A stretch of DNA of 64,000 nucleotides from Ylistrum balloti (Eukaryota). A program made the translations under genes and the position numbers. The notes beneath the pieces were generated by a model, which was not told where the DNA came from, made no database searches, and saw only the letters and a list, made by a program, of their open reading frames with translations. The stretch covers positions 1,364,001 through 1,428,000 of the forward strand of contig NW_026782132.1 of assembly GCF_031769215.1 (NCBI RefSeq), given 5' to 3'. The stretch's first letter is position 1. Each line of letters begins with the position of its first letter. Shown piece by piece: positions 11,893 to 24,080 of the stretch.

Positions 11893-13794
11893 TTAGTCCA
11901 TTTCCTCTACAGTTGGGCCACTACTTTTTTCGCCTTGGTTTTGGCCTTGACCTTGACTTCCGCCATGGAGTTTGCTCATTAATGGTGCGCACACAGTTTG
12001 AACCTCTTTCATTTTGAAGTCGTACTCATCTTTCTCTGCCAACATATTAGCCTCCAGCCACTTGAGAGTCTCTTCACATTTATTCAAAGCACTTGTTTTT
12101 TCCTCCTGTGTCAGTTTATCACCTGCTGTTTCATTGATTGCCATTCTCACATTAAACACATAATTCTCGAGAGCATTCCTAGAGGATACGGCTTGTCTCT
12201 GCTTCTCGTCCGCCTCGCGATATTTCTCGGCTTCCGACACCATTCGGTCAATCTCTGCCTTACTAAGTCGTCCTTTGTCGTTAGTAATGGTGATTTTGTT
12301 CGTCTTTCCGGTGCTCTTGTCTTCGGCGGACACGTTTAGAATACCGTTAGCGTCAATGTCAAATGTGACATCAATTTGGGGCACCCCACGGGGAGCGGGA
12401 GGGATACCGTCGAGATCAAACTTTCCAAGGAGGTTGTTGTCCTTGGTCATAGCTCTCTCTCCCTCGTACACTTGTATGTGAACCCCTGGTTGGTTGTCCG
12501 CGTACGTTGTAAATGTTTTCGAGGTTTTACACGGGATCCTGCTGTTTCTCTCAATGAGATTGGTCATAACGCCTCCAGCAGTTTCGATACCGAGGGACAG
12601 TGGTGCTACGTCCACCAATAGCACATCTTTGATGGCGCTACTGGTATCACCGGACAGAACAGCTGCCTGGACTGCCGCCCCGTACGCCACTGCCTCATCT
12701 GGGTTGATTGATTTATTTAGCTCTTTGCCATTCATGAAATCTTGTAATAACTTCTGGATTTTTGGGATACGAGTTGAGCCACCGACCAGCACGATGTCGT
12801 GGATCTTACTCTTGTCTAGTTTGGCGTCGATCAGCGCTCGTTCAACGGGTTCAATGGTGGTTCTAAATAGGTCTGAACAAAGCTCCTCGAATCTCGCACG
12901 AGAAATTTTAGTGTAGAAATCGATCCCCTCAAACATTGAATCTATTTCCACACTTGCTTCTGAGCTGCTAGATAATGTGCGCTTCGCTCTCTCACATGCC
13001 GTCCTCAAGCGCCGGATGGCACGAGGATTATTGCTCATGTCTTTGTGGTATTTTCGCTTGAACTCATTAATGAAGAAAGTGACCAACCTGTTGTCAAAGT
13101 CTTCGCCACCAAGATGAGTATCTCCGGCTGTTGAGCGTACTTCGAACATGGATCCCTCATCGATGGTAAGTATAGATACATCGAAAGTACCTCCACCAAG
13201 ATCGTAAATGAGGACATTTTTCTCACCACTGAGGTTTTTATCGAGACCATATGCCAAGGCAGCGGCCGTGGGTTCGTTGATGATACGGAGCACATTAAGT
13301 CCAGTGATGGCGCCAGCGTCCTTTGTCGCCTGACGTTGAGAGTCATTGAAATATGCGGGAACGGTGATGACAGCGTCCTTCACCTTTTTGCCAAGGTAAG
13401 CCTCCGCTGTTTCCTTCATTTTAGTCAGCACCATTGAACTTATTTCCTCAGCGCTGAACATCTTGGTTTCACCTTTAAATTGCACTTGTATCAAAGGTGT
13501 GCCACCTTTGTTGATGATTTTAAATGGCCAATTTTTCATGTCCGATTGAACTGAGGCGTCATCAAACTTTCTACCTATGAGTCTTTTGGCGTCAAAAACG
13601 GAATTACTTGGGTTCATGGCTACCTGGTTTTTAGCAGCGTCCCCTATTAGTCGTTCAGTATCCGTAAAGGCCACATAACTGGGAGTTGTCCGGTTTCCTT
13701 GTTCATTAGCGATAATCTCCACTTTCCCGTGTTGAAAAACTGCCACACAGGAATATGTAGTACCCAAATCGATCCCTATAGCTGGGGCAGACAT
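11893..13794 (-). CDS. HSP70: Heat shock protein 70, cytosolic stress-inducible type, intronless, 633 aa
   Basis: Single ORF with HSP70 signatures [22 protein letters not shown] and [15 protein letters not shown]; ends GPTVEEMD; no GGMP repeats; no introns; HSE-bearing promoter upstream. Confidence 0.99.
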   Translation of the reverse strand: MSAPAIGIDLGTTYSCVAVFQHGKVEIIANEQGNRTTPSYVAFTDTERLIGDAAKNQVAMNPSNSVFDAKRLIGRKFDDASVQSDMKNWPFKIINKGGTPLIQVQFKGETKMFSAEEISSMVLTKMKETAEAYLGKKVKDAVITVPAYFNDSQRQATKDAGAITGLNVLRIINEPTAAALAYGLDKNLSGEKNVLIYDLGGGTFDVSILTIDEGSMFEVRSTAGDTHLGGEDFDNRLVTFFINEFKRKYHKDMSNNPRAIRRLRTACERAKRTLSSSSEASVEIDSMFEGIDFYTKISRARFEELCSDLFRTTIEPVERALIDAKLDKSKIHDIVLVGGSTRIPKIQKLLQDFMNGKELNKSINPDEAVAYGAAVQAAVLSGDTSSAIKDVLLVDVAPLSLGIETAGGVMTNLIERNSRIPCKTSKTFTTYADNQPGVHIQVYEGERAMTKDNNLLGKFDLDGIPPAPRGVPQIDVTFDIDANGILNVSAEDKSTGKTNKITITNDKGRLSKAEIDRMVSEAEKYREADEKQRQAVSSRNALENYVFNVRMAINETAGDKLTQEEKTSALNKCEETLKWLEANMLAEKDEYDFKMKEVQTVCAPLMSKLHGGSQGQGQNQGEKSSGPTVEEMD

Positions 13795-13913
13795 TTTGCC
13801 TTGTGAAAGTTTGTGTCGGGCACTAGACTAGTCCGTCTGTAGTCAGTACGCTTGTGTTACTGTATGTTGCTCGCCTCAAAGAATGCTGATTGTAATGAAA
13901 CGGTCCCGGAAGC

Positions 13914-14150
13914 TATATACATCTCTGGGCACCTACGCACACTCTACAAACTATGTCGGCCCATCTCTCATGTTCTAGTCTGTTCTGGCGCGCGGAACCT
14001 TCGGCGGTTTTCCAGAAACACGCGGGATTACAATGTATAGCTCTAATTCATGTATGTATGATGTTGTAACCTGTCTGATATGACTCAAAATGTTCATATG
14101 TTTAATCATTTGTTTACATATATTTAAAAATAAAAGATGTTTCCAGAAAC
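13914..14150 (-). promoter_or_regulatory. HSP70 promoter: TATA box and heat-shock elements
   Basis: TATATA at 13914-13919 (~120 bp upstream of the ATG). nGAAn array on the 5-bp register: GAA 13995, TTC 14000, gap, TTC 14010, GAA 14015. Further TTC units at 13973 and 13983, and a distal TTCCAGAA at 14141-14148 that repeats the 12-mer tttccagaaaca. Confidence 0.85.
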
Positions 14151-14574
14151 AGGAACGGACATTTTGTAACCATTAATTACATCACATATACAGTTAAAGA
14201 GAAACTTGTATCAACATTACCCAGTATCATTCAACATGGTTATCTGCTTAATAGACTTCCACGTTATGTCAAGCTGTCGGAATTTAAGGCATTTAAAATG
14301 AGAATGAGCTAACTCTATCAATTTTTTGTCTTCGTATGGAATTAACTCGTCTCTGTATGTGTTAGTTTAACAGGTGGTCGCTTAACTGTGTGTACTCAAA
14401 GGAGCGTTTGTGAGATGGTTACAGCTAGGGAAATATATCACATTCCGGGCCTCTCGGATATAATTCTTTCATCAATGTTGCTCCTGTACTTCGTTTAAAC
14501 AACATTTTTATTCAATATTCAACAATTTAACACATACATGTAATATGCTTGGGGTGGGAAAACAAGCTTAGAAC

Positions 14575-16380
14575 TTATCTTAACTCTGACCCTGTACTCA
14601 ATCAAATCATATCAGATATCTAATTGATCAGAATAATAGACATAATTCTGACCCGGTACTTAATCAAATTATATCAGATATCTAATTTATCTGATAAATA
14701 GACATAATTCTGACCCTGTACTGAACCAAATTATATCAGATATCTAATGATATCAGATATCTAATTTATCTGATAAATAGACATAATTCTGACCCTGTAC
14801 TGAACCAAATTATATCAGATATCTAATGATATCAGATATCTAATTTATCTGATAAATAGACATAATTCTGACCCTGCACTGAACCAAATTATATCAGATA
14901 TCTAATATCTAATGATATCAGATATCTATCTAATTTACTGATAAATAGACATACCAAATTATATCAGATATCTAATTTATCTGAATAATAGACATAATTC
15001 TGACCCTGTACTGAACCAAATTATATCAGATATCTAATTTATCTGAATAATAGACATAATTCTGACCCTGCACTGAACCAAATTATATCAGATATCTAAT
15101 TTATCTGAATAATAGACATAATTCTGACCCGGTACTTAATCAAATTATATCAGATATCTAATTTATCTGATAAATAGACATAATTCTGACCCTGCACTGA
15201 ACCAAATTATATCAGATATCTAATTTATCTGAATAATAGACATAATTCTGACCCTGTACTGAACCAAATTATATCAGATATCTAATTTATCAGATATCTA
15301 ATTTATATCAGACATAATTCTGACCCTGTACAAATTAACCAAATTATATCAGATATCTAATTTATCTGATAAATAGACATAATTCTGACCCTGTACGTAA
15401 CCAAATTATATCAGATATCTTAACCAAATTATATCAGATATCTTATTTATCTGATAAACAGACATAATTCTGACCCGGTACTTAATCAAATTATATCAGA
15501 TATCTAATTTATCTGATAAATAGACATAATTCTGACCCGGTACTTAATCAAATTATATCAGATATCTAATTTATCTGATAAACAGACATAATTCTGACCC
15601 GGTACTTAATCAAATTATATCAGATATCTAATTTATCTGATAAATAAACATAATTCTGACCCGGTACTTAACCAAATTATATCAGATACTAATTTATCTG
15701 ATAAATAGACATAATTCTTGAACCAAATTATATCAGATATCTTATTTAACTGATAAATAGACATAATTCTGACCCGGTACTGAACCAAATTATATCAGAT
15801 ATCTAATGATATCAGATATCTAATTTATCTGATAAATAGACATAATTCTGACCCTGTACTTAACCAAATTATATCAGATATCTAATTTATCTGAATAATA
15901 GACATAATTCTGACCCGGTACTGAACCAAATTATATCAGATATCTAATGATATCAGATATCTAATTTATCTGAATAATAGACATAATTCTGATACCTAAT
16001 GGTACTAATTTATTAACCAAATTATATCAGATATCTAATTTATCTGATAATAGACATAATTCTGACCCTGTACTTAACCAAATTATATCAGATATCTTAT
16101 TTAACTGATAAATAGACATAATTCTGAACCGGTACTTAATCAAATTACATCATATATATAATTTATCTGATAAATAGACATAATTCTGACCCTGCACTGA
16201 ACCAAATTATATCAGATATCTAATTTATCTGAATAATAGACATAATTCTGACCCTGCACTGAACCAAATTATATCAGATATCTAATTTATCTGATTAATA
16301 GACATAATTCTGACCTGGTACTTAACCAAATTATATCAGATATTTAATTTATCTGAATGATAGACTTCCATATCAGATCA
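14575..16380. repeat. 62-bp minisatellite, ~29 copies, with an internal palindrome
   Basis: Unit gacataattctgaccctgtactgaaccaaattatatcagatatctaatttatctgataaata (period checked at 14641/14703); contains atcagata...tatctgat. Confidence 0.95.
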
Positions 16381-17902
16381 GGATATCTAAATTTTGGACA
16401 AGAGGTAAGTTGTTTACAGAATTAGTTTTCTTATTTTAGAAACTTTATTCAATAGATAATATATCTTATTAATTTTTCTTTCAAAATGTATCTTATTTAA
16501 TAAATTAGATGTATCATAAATTTTAAATAAGATATTTCGAAATTAAATAGATATCTTATTTGATAAATTATATATCATATTTAGTAAATTAGACAGGAGA
16601 CCGAAGCTAGAGCAGCTACGAAACATTATTTTACAAATCTTCTGAACAACATCCCGTTTTATTATCAGTTTCAGTTGGTTTTGGAATTATGTTCAATGAT
16701 ATCAATTACATTGTATATTCATGTATGTCTTATGATTGATTTTCAATTAATTTATACTCAATAGTTCATGTCATATTCTAAATAAATGCAAGTAACTTTT
16801 CGGTATGATTTACCAACGACTTTCAGATATATATTGTTCACGAATTTAATTATGTAATTATGTTTGGTTACAAGAAAAAAAAATCTTGTAAATGACATAT
16901 GTCATAAAGAATTTGATACATTGGAAGGATTCATTTTCAAAGCATTGCACAGAACTGTCCTCACAATTGTAGCTACTTCTTGAGACACTTACCAATTAAC
17001 GGTGATTATATATTTAAAGAATACATACAACTGATACCCATTGGGTATATATATGTGTATGAGGGTGTGTGTTGGTATATAATATAATGTTAACCTTTAT
17101 AATTTAAAGATACAGTATTTCTGTATTTAATACTATGATTTTTTCTAAATGTCTATGATTTTAAGAAATAAGTACATAAATACTTTTGTTTGGACAAAGC
17201 CTTTTTTTCTGTCACAAGGTGGTCACTGGTCTGTGCTGTTACCAGTCAAGTTCCGCTACACTAGCACTGCCCATCTCTGTCAGACGATGGACACTGGTCT
17301 GTGTTGTTACCATGAATGTCACCCGGGAATATGTCATGTATGGGGCTGCGGGCATTCAATCAAGAGAGTCAAGGGATTCAAGAGTCACCAGGTTACCTTG
17401 TCTAAGATTGAAAATAAATGATGAAAACTTTTTTTCATTCAACTTGTAAAATAGATGATGAAAATATAGTTTTAAATCTTTAACCATCATAGGTCATGCA
17501 TTTAACACATGTTTGTATGGATGTGCTACATCAGGGACGTACATAAAAAATCAAGTTTATATCTTCGTAAAATATCAGAGACTGGGAAAACATGATGATA
17601 CTTCAAGTTTCCAAATTCCCATTGATCTTTTGATGTATTTTGACTTTACATGACCTGTTAATGTCATTTGTGTAATAACATTCTGTTGTTTGGGTTTGTT
17701 GCACGTGGATATGTAATTGTTGCTAACATTTTTCCTACTATAATTGTCTTTAATTCTTTGTGGATTCTCAATCGTTTTAGTTTATGTTATCATATAACGG
17801 CATCGTCTTAGCTGATGGACATTTCTTATGACATTCTGTTCATTGGCGTGCATGGATCCTTAATTTTATATTATGCACGAACTGTCTGCCTTAATATCTA
17901 AT

Positions 17903-17990
17903 ACTGCGCATGAGTAACCGGAAGTTTACATCGACATGTGGAAACCTGCTTGTATCCAAACACGGTGTAACGCTCATCAAGTAAATTGAA
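17903..17990 (+). promoter_or_regulatory. Candidate DNAAF6 promoter / non-coding first exon (NRF1-like plus ETS motifs)
   Basis: actgcgcatgagtaaccggaagt (TGCGCATG and CCGGAAGT), followed by a possible donor gtaaat at 17981. The coding exon is preceded by an acceptor tcag one base before the ATG at 18539, which implies an upstream non-coding exon. Confidence 0.35.
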
Positions 17991-18538
17991 TGATCGAGAA
18001 GCACCTAGGAATTTGACAAATGCAGTAGGTATAAACAATGTTAAATCAAAAGTCAGTGGATATAATGTTTGGAATTTAATGAATCTTAATGGAAAAATTG
18101 ACCCTTTTGGTAACCAATGTTTTAGGTAAGCTGTCGAAGTCTTACCTGTCATCTTAATCTGCTTGGCGAACATGCGACACGACACATGTTAAGAGTTTCT
18201 CGTCGTATTAAACCCCAATCATTGTTTGAGTACTCTATTTCATACACCATATTATCTGTTTTGACGGACATGTACATATGTCTGGCATGCAACATACATT
18301 TATCAATGTTAAGCATTCCCTCATTTGTCGTATATGCAAACAATGAAACTTCAGCAAAGAAAAGTAACAATGCAACGAGGGTTTACTGATTATATGTTTA
18401 TTCCAGATGTCTCTCTTCCTGAGATACCATGACCGCCAGATTTTGAAAGTTTCTTACTGAGCTGAGGAAGTTGGCCTGTACATGTGACACCTATTAAGCT
18501 AATAAGTCCAGAAAGAGTAGTATTATTTACTTGTCAGC

Positions 18539-21382
18539 ATGGCTTTTACATCGGACATGGTTTCAGCCTTAGCTGAAATATTGAAACCTCCTGAGAATGC
18601 CGATTCAGACAGTGATTTGGATGATGAAGCAGTATGTATTAACAATGATATACACATTAATGATGTGGTTACACATGTTTAACTTTACATTCTGTTCTAA
18701 CATGTTTTTTTATATGAAAAGATTTTAAACATTTCAATTGACGAAGTGTAGCAGACTTAAGTGATATTATCAATCAATGTTGTTTAATTTATTAGTACAA
18801 TGTCATAAAATCTATCTCCATGTAAGTAATACAGGTAATGAGTCAAAATATTATGAAATTTAAGTATTTACTTAATATTTTTTATCATGATCACAATATT
18901 CATTCATGTAGACAAAACAGTATTAACAACTATCTTAATGTTTGTCTTCCTTATATTGTCCCGAAAACTAATTCAATATTTATTATTTCTAGCCTAAGAC
19001 AGAGTTTGCTAAGATGGGTCCAGGAGAAATTGGTCCTAAAAAGAAAGATGACAGTAGCAGTGAGTCAAACCAGGGTCAGTACCTAATGTAAGATATAAAC
19101 AATACCTGAAAGAGCCTATATATAGATTTAAAATTCAATGTATGTATTGCATCAGCCAGGAACATAGTATGTATATTCATGATAACTTATCATAATGTTT
19201 TACCTCTGATTAAAATCTTCCATTCACATGAGAGAATTCCACAAAGAAAACATCTGAACTTATGTAGACTGCTATATATTGCTGATGATATGCTGTTAAC
19301 ATTGTTCCGTAGTAGATGCTAAGAAGAACACTAAGGATATCTGGACAGAAGAAGATGTTGGGGAAGGTGCGGAATATGAATCACTCTACGACCCTCGGCC
19401 ACAACCAGAGTAAGTAGACTGTTTAACACTTAATAACTCTCAGCCAAATTAGGTAGTCTGTCCTGATGAAGTACTGAAGTAATAAACTCTATGATCCTTG
19501 GCCGCAACCAGAGTAAGTAGTCTGTTCTGAGATAGTACTTGCAACCCTCGCCTACATTTTGGATAGGCATCACAATGCGGTGCCCTATAGTAATCAGCTG
19601 GTTTGTCAGTCTGTCTGAAAATTACTTATTTATTATGCTTTATGACTCTCAGTCACAAATAGCGTAATTTGTCTGTTCTGAGGTAACACTTGAATATCAT
19701 ACTCCATGGCCCTCAGCCTCACCCAGAGTAGGTAGATTGTTCTGAGGTAATGCTCCATTATTATACTCTGTGACCCTCGGCTACATTCAAATAAGGTAGT
19801 CTGTTCTGAAATTATTTTTAAGAATTATACTCTATGACTCTCATCCACAATTAAGTTGTTGGTTTGTTATGAAGTTATATATAATTATTATACTCTACAA
19901 CTTTTTGCCACATTCAAATAAGGTAGTCTGTTCTGAAGTTATATCAGTCACAGTAGGTTGTCTATTTTGAGGTCGTAGTATAGTACAAGGTGTTAAGTTC
20001 TATGACCTTCAGCAACAGTCCAAGAAGGTAGTCTTTTTTGAGGTGGGCATTAAATATTACACTCTGTGAACCAAACTATAGTGGGTAGTCTGTAGTACAT
20101 TATAATTTGCTCTTCAACCATCAGTCATATACAAAGATTGTTCATTGGTAAAACCAAAGCAACATATACAGTGTAAAGACTTTGTACTCTAGGTTCAGGT
20201 TGAATTAATCCTAGAATTAGTCCTGTTTTCTTTTTCATTGTACCATAATGGATGTAGCTTGTAGACTGGTATTTACCCTGAATGTTCACCTATTTAATTA
20301 GAACACATATTTCATAATTCTTTTTTTCCAAATATTTAGAACTCTGTGTCTTACAGTGTAAAGACTTTGCACTCTAATTGCAGGTTAAATTGATCATTGA
20401 ATGAATGTTTACCTATGTAAGTAGAACACATATTTCACAATTCTTTTTTTCCAAATATTTAGAATTCTGTGTCTTACACATATTATAGTTGTACTTCCAT
20501 TCCAGGTATGAAATCCTCTACAAGCAGGCAGTGACATCCGAGGACATGTTCTTACAGATGGGTAATAAAAACCCAGCTACAGCTAGCTGTGAGGATATGG
20601 TGGTAGGTTAACTCCACAGACCATTAGAAATCAAGAGTTTTATTGTTTATTAACATGATAAAAACAAGCTACCTCAGCATCTATTTTATAACCTAAAAAG
20701 AAGTTATGTTTGCTCTAAGGATGTGTAATTTGTATTGGAAGAGACTTAAGTATTCAAAAAAATCCCAAGGGGGTCAGAAAGGTAAACAGTTTCATATTCT
20801 TTTGAGGGAATTAAACTCCCACCTTGATGAAAGACTTTATGTGTAATTCAATATCCACGGTGTCACCCAGCCGACCATGGTTCCTACTACTAATATTAAT
20901 CACCTGCCAGGTAATGTGACTGATCAGTCTGTTGTGAAGTCTTTTACTCCATTTGTATTTTCTGGTGTAAATGTCTTACTATCATGTCATACTAATCTAT
21001 GTTCATTTTCACAGGTGAAGATTAAGTTACCAGACACTAAGATATCTGACATGACGTTAGATGTAAAGTCAAAGTTTCTGGACTGTAGAACACCAAAACT
21101 GTGAGTCTTCCATGTTTTATATTGTGTGTTCTATCTAAACAGTGATGTAGAACATTGGCATTAAAATTTATTCATTTTCTCATCATAAGTAAATATACTT
21201 CAAAATCCAAGTTTTAGTCTAAAACTTATTTCTTATCTCTGTGTACTGTTGACAGGAAGTTAGGACTCCATCTGCCCCACCCAGTGGACCACGAGTCAGG
21301 CAAAGCCAAGTGGGATGGAGATAAGGGTGAACTGTCTGTCACACTCAGGATGAAGAGGGAACTGGACTTTATGAACTTTTAA
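18539..21382 (+). CDS. DNAAF6: Dynein axonemal assembly factor 6 (PIH1 domain-containing 3), ~193 aa
   Basis: Exons 18539-18631, 18993-19074, 19313(or 19316)-19409, 20506-20602, 21015-21100, 21256-21382; 582 nt in frame. Translation MAFTSDMVSALAEILKPPE...KMGPGEIGP...KDIWTEEDVGEGAEYESLYDPRPQPEYEILYKQAVTSEDMFLQMGNKNPATASCEDMVVKIKLPDT...LDCRTPKLKLGLHLPHPVDHESGKAKWDGDKGELSVTLRMKRELDFMNF matches the PIH1D3 family along its whole length. Confidence 0.95.
19382..20095 (+). repeat. Degenerate ~62-64-bp tandem array derived from the DNAAF6 exon 3 / intron 3 junction
   Basis: The junction actctacgaccctcggccacaaccaga|gtaagtagactgtt recurs in diverged form at ~19486, 19640, 19701, 19765, 19829, 19891, 19998 and 20061. 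Confidence 0.8.
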
Positions 21383-22388
21383 TCCCTGTCTTGGAGATAC
21401 TGTACAAAAAACTAGCAGTAAACCAGTACACAGGCAAAGGATGGGGATGTAGATTTAATTCATGGGATAGATAATTTTGTAATGTGGATCTATATTTCAA
21501 AACTATTTCATATTACAACAGAACAGTGTAATAACAGAAATAGTTTCTTTCCATCCCAGACTTAGGTTACTCATTCTACAGTAAGGATGCTGTCCCTTTG
21601 ATCGATTGGTTTACTGGTGATAAAATGATATCGATATTACTATCAGGAGCTTACCTCTTAAAGTTTTCTTCAAATTCATTCCTTTAATATCAGATTAGCA
21701 TATCTGATGAAACAAAAGACAGAGATACTTTACATGTAGATGTACTTTATCACTTAGAACACTTAAAAATCGTCTTTTATATTTCATTCACAAACTCACA
21801 AAATTATGAATTTCCGTCCATGTATGATATGATGTATCCTGGAGTGTTGATTTCTGAGGAAACTGTTGAATACTGAGCTTATCGTTATAGAATTTTTGTA
21901 CTGGAAAAATTGCTGATAATTCTTTTTTAATTTCATTAGAAAATTTTCTTCATAATTGCAAACAATTTGTTATTTTGTGAGGAGTTTACCAATCAACATT
22001 CCAACACTTGTACAATATTTGTTGTGTTATATTAAATATTGACAAAGTCAAATGTTGCATCTTATGTTATTACTTATAACTGAAAGAGAACAAGGATCAA
22101 AACCATTCCATCTGGAATATTTATTTGTCACTTATGTTGCCCTGAGTCTAGACAGGGACATACTTATCTTCTCCCTATTTTAATTAGTGTGAGAAATAGA
22201 CTGTTATGATTATGTTCTAATGAAGCTGAGACTGGTGTTAATTTTGTCATACTTGGCTGGGGTTCATCTCATTTGATACTCATCAGTTTGCCTGTTGATT
22301 CTGTTGTTGAATACCTTGTTCTTATTTGAGAACGTGAAATTAAGTCTAGTCTTTAAATAAAAAGAAATTTATTGACTAGCTCCATCAT

Positions 22389-23040
22389 ATATATCCACTA
22401 GAACTCGAAATCAAAGATATGACAGACTCTTCTTTATCAGCTGCTTATCTCGATCTTTTTCTACAACGAAACCAACATAGACAGCTTTCCATAAAGTTGT
22501 ATGATAAACGTGATGCTTTCAATTTCCCTATTGTGAATTTTCCATTTCTGGATAGCAATGTAGTATTTACATGTAAGTGTTAATTTGATATTCAAGGACC
22601 TATTCCCATTTTCATGACTTTCGTGCAAGAAGTTGTAAACTGACAGACAGACTCGTAACACAAGGGTTTAAAAGATGCAGGTTGATGAAAATTATGTGGA
22701 AGTTTTATGGTCACCATAATGATCTTATTGAGAAATATTCTATTTCTTTCTGCGATATGAAGACGGACGTATTTGGTGTTTGTTAGTTTGCCTTGTTGAT
22801 TTTGTTATTTTGTCATTTGAGAACATGACATTACTTGCTTGGATCGAACAAGGTTTGCATGGCTGGTGTCGTCGATGAAGCAGAAGACCCTTACTCTTCC
22901 TAAACACATGGTCTTATTCTCCTTGTACTTTTTCAGGAGTCTCCATTTTAATCTTTCATTTGTTCATATTTTACCTAATTTTATGGAATTTGAGTTTGAA
23001 TTATAATTATGTTGTCATGTTGGTATTTTCTTAATGTTTC
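22389..23040 (+). mobile_element. Penelope-like retroelement remnant: C-terminal RT fragment plus 3' tail
   Basis: IYPLELEIKDMTDSSLSAAYLDLFL...KLYDKRDAFNFPIVNFPFLDSN and LI*YSR...RLVTQGFKRCRLMKIMWKFYGHHNDLIEKY, typical of the PLE RT/thumb region. Disrupted; ORF stop at 22784-22786 with no downstream GIY-YIG. Confidence 0.85.
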
Positions 23041-23051
23041 TTGTCCTTAAA

Positions 23052-23588
23052 CTGGGGCTCATCTTGTCCTATTGGAACTGGGACTGTGGTGCTCATCTTG
23101 TCCTGCTGGACTTAAGACTGGTGCTCATCTTGTCCTGCTGGACTTAAGACTGGTGCTCATCTTGTCCTGCTGGACTTAAGACTGGTGCTCATCTTGTCCT
23201 ACTGGACTTAAGACTGGTGCTCATCTTGTCCTGCTGGACTAAATACTGGTGCTCGTCGTGTCCTACTGGACTTAAGACTGGTGCTCATTTTGTCCTATTT
23301 GAGCCGAGACTTTGTAGCTCATCTTTTCTTACTAGAGCTGAGGCTGCAGTGCTCATCTTGTCCTGCTGGACTGAAGACTGGTACTCATCTCGCCCTACTG
23401 GACATAAGACTGATGCTCATCTTGTCCTACTGGACTAAATACTGGTACTCATCTCGTCCTACTGGACTAAATACTGGTGCTCATCTTGTCCTACTGGACT
23501 AAATACTGGTGCTCATCTTGTCCTACTGGACTAAATACTGGTGCTCATATTGTCCTGCTGGACTAAATACTGGTGCTCATCTTGTCCT
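23052..23588. repeat. 32-bp minisatellite, ~17 copies
   Basis: Unit ctcatcttgtcctgctggacttaagactggtg. Confidence 0.93.
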
Positions 23589-24080
23589 AAGTTTTACCTC
23601 TAATTCCCCTACTGGATCCTGTCGTTTTACCCCATGAACGTTCCGATCATTGATTATACAAAATGTGGTGCATCATTCATCAAAGATCCTTTAGATCAAA
23701 ATGGAAAACCGCTCATCTAATGATAAGTTGACCAAAGTTATCGAAAATCCAATCAAGCGTTCTCAGGAGAAAAGTTGACAAACGGCCGCGCCATGCCATA
23801 AGAACATCGGTCCTTTTGACCTGTGAGCATGTGTCCTGTCGCCAGGTAGGTTCAGGTAAGGTAGGGAGGGAGGATTACTAATATTGTCTCTTCTCACAGT
23901 TTATCTGGAGTTCGGACTGATTTTGTTATCTCAATTCGTGTCTGACCGACTATCCTATGTAGAGTAACACCTGTTTTTTTTCTCACAAATTATCAAATGA
24001 AGTATAATTTCTTGGCTGTAACAGCCGACTCGGCCCCTTAAGACGTCAAAGTAACCGAAAAGCTTGTGACTTACACCATC

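Noticed and set aside
11998-13346. Plus-strand ORFs and a second minus-strand ORF overlapping HSP70
   Set aside because: Shadow frames of the HSP70 coding sequence; antisense open frames are common in HSP70 genes because of codon bias.
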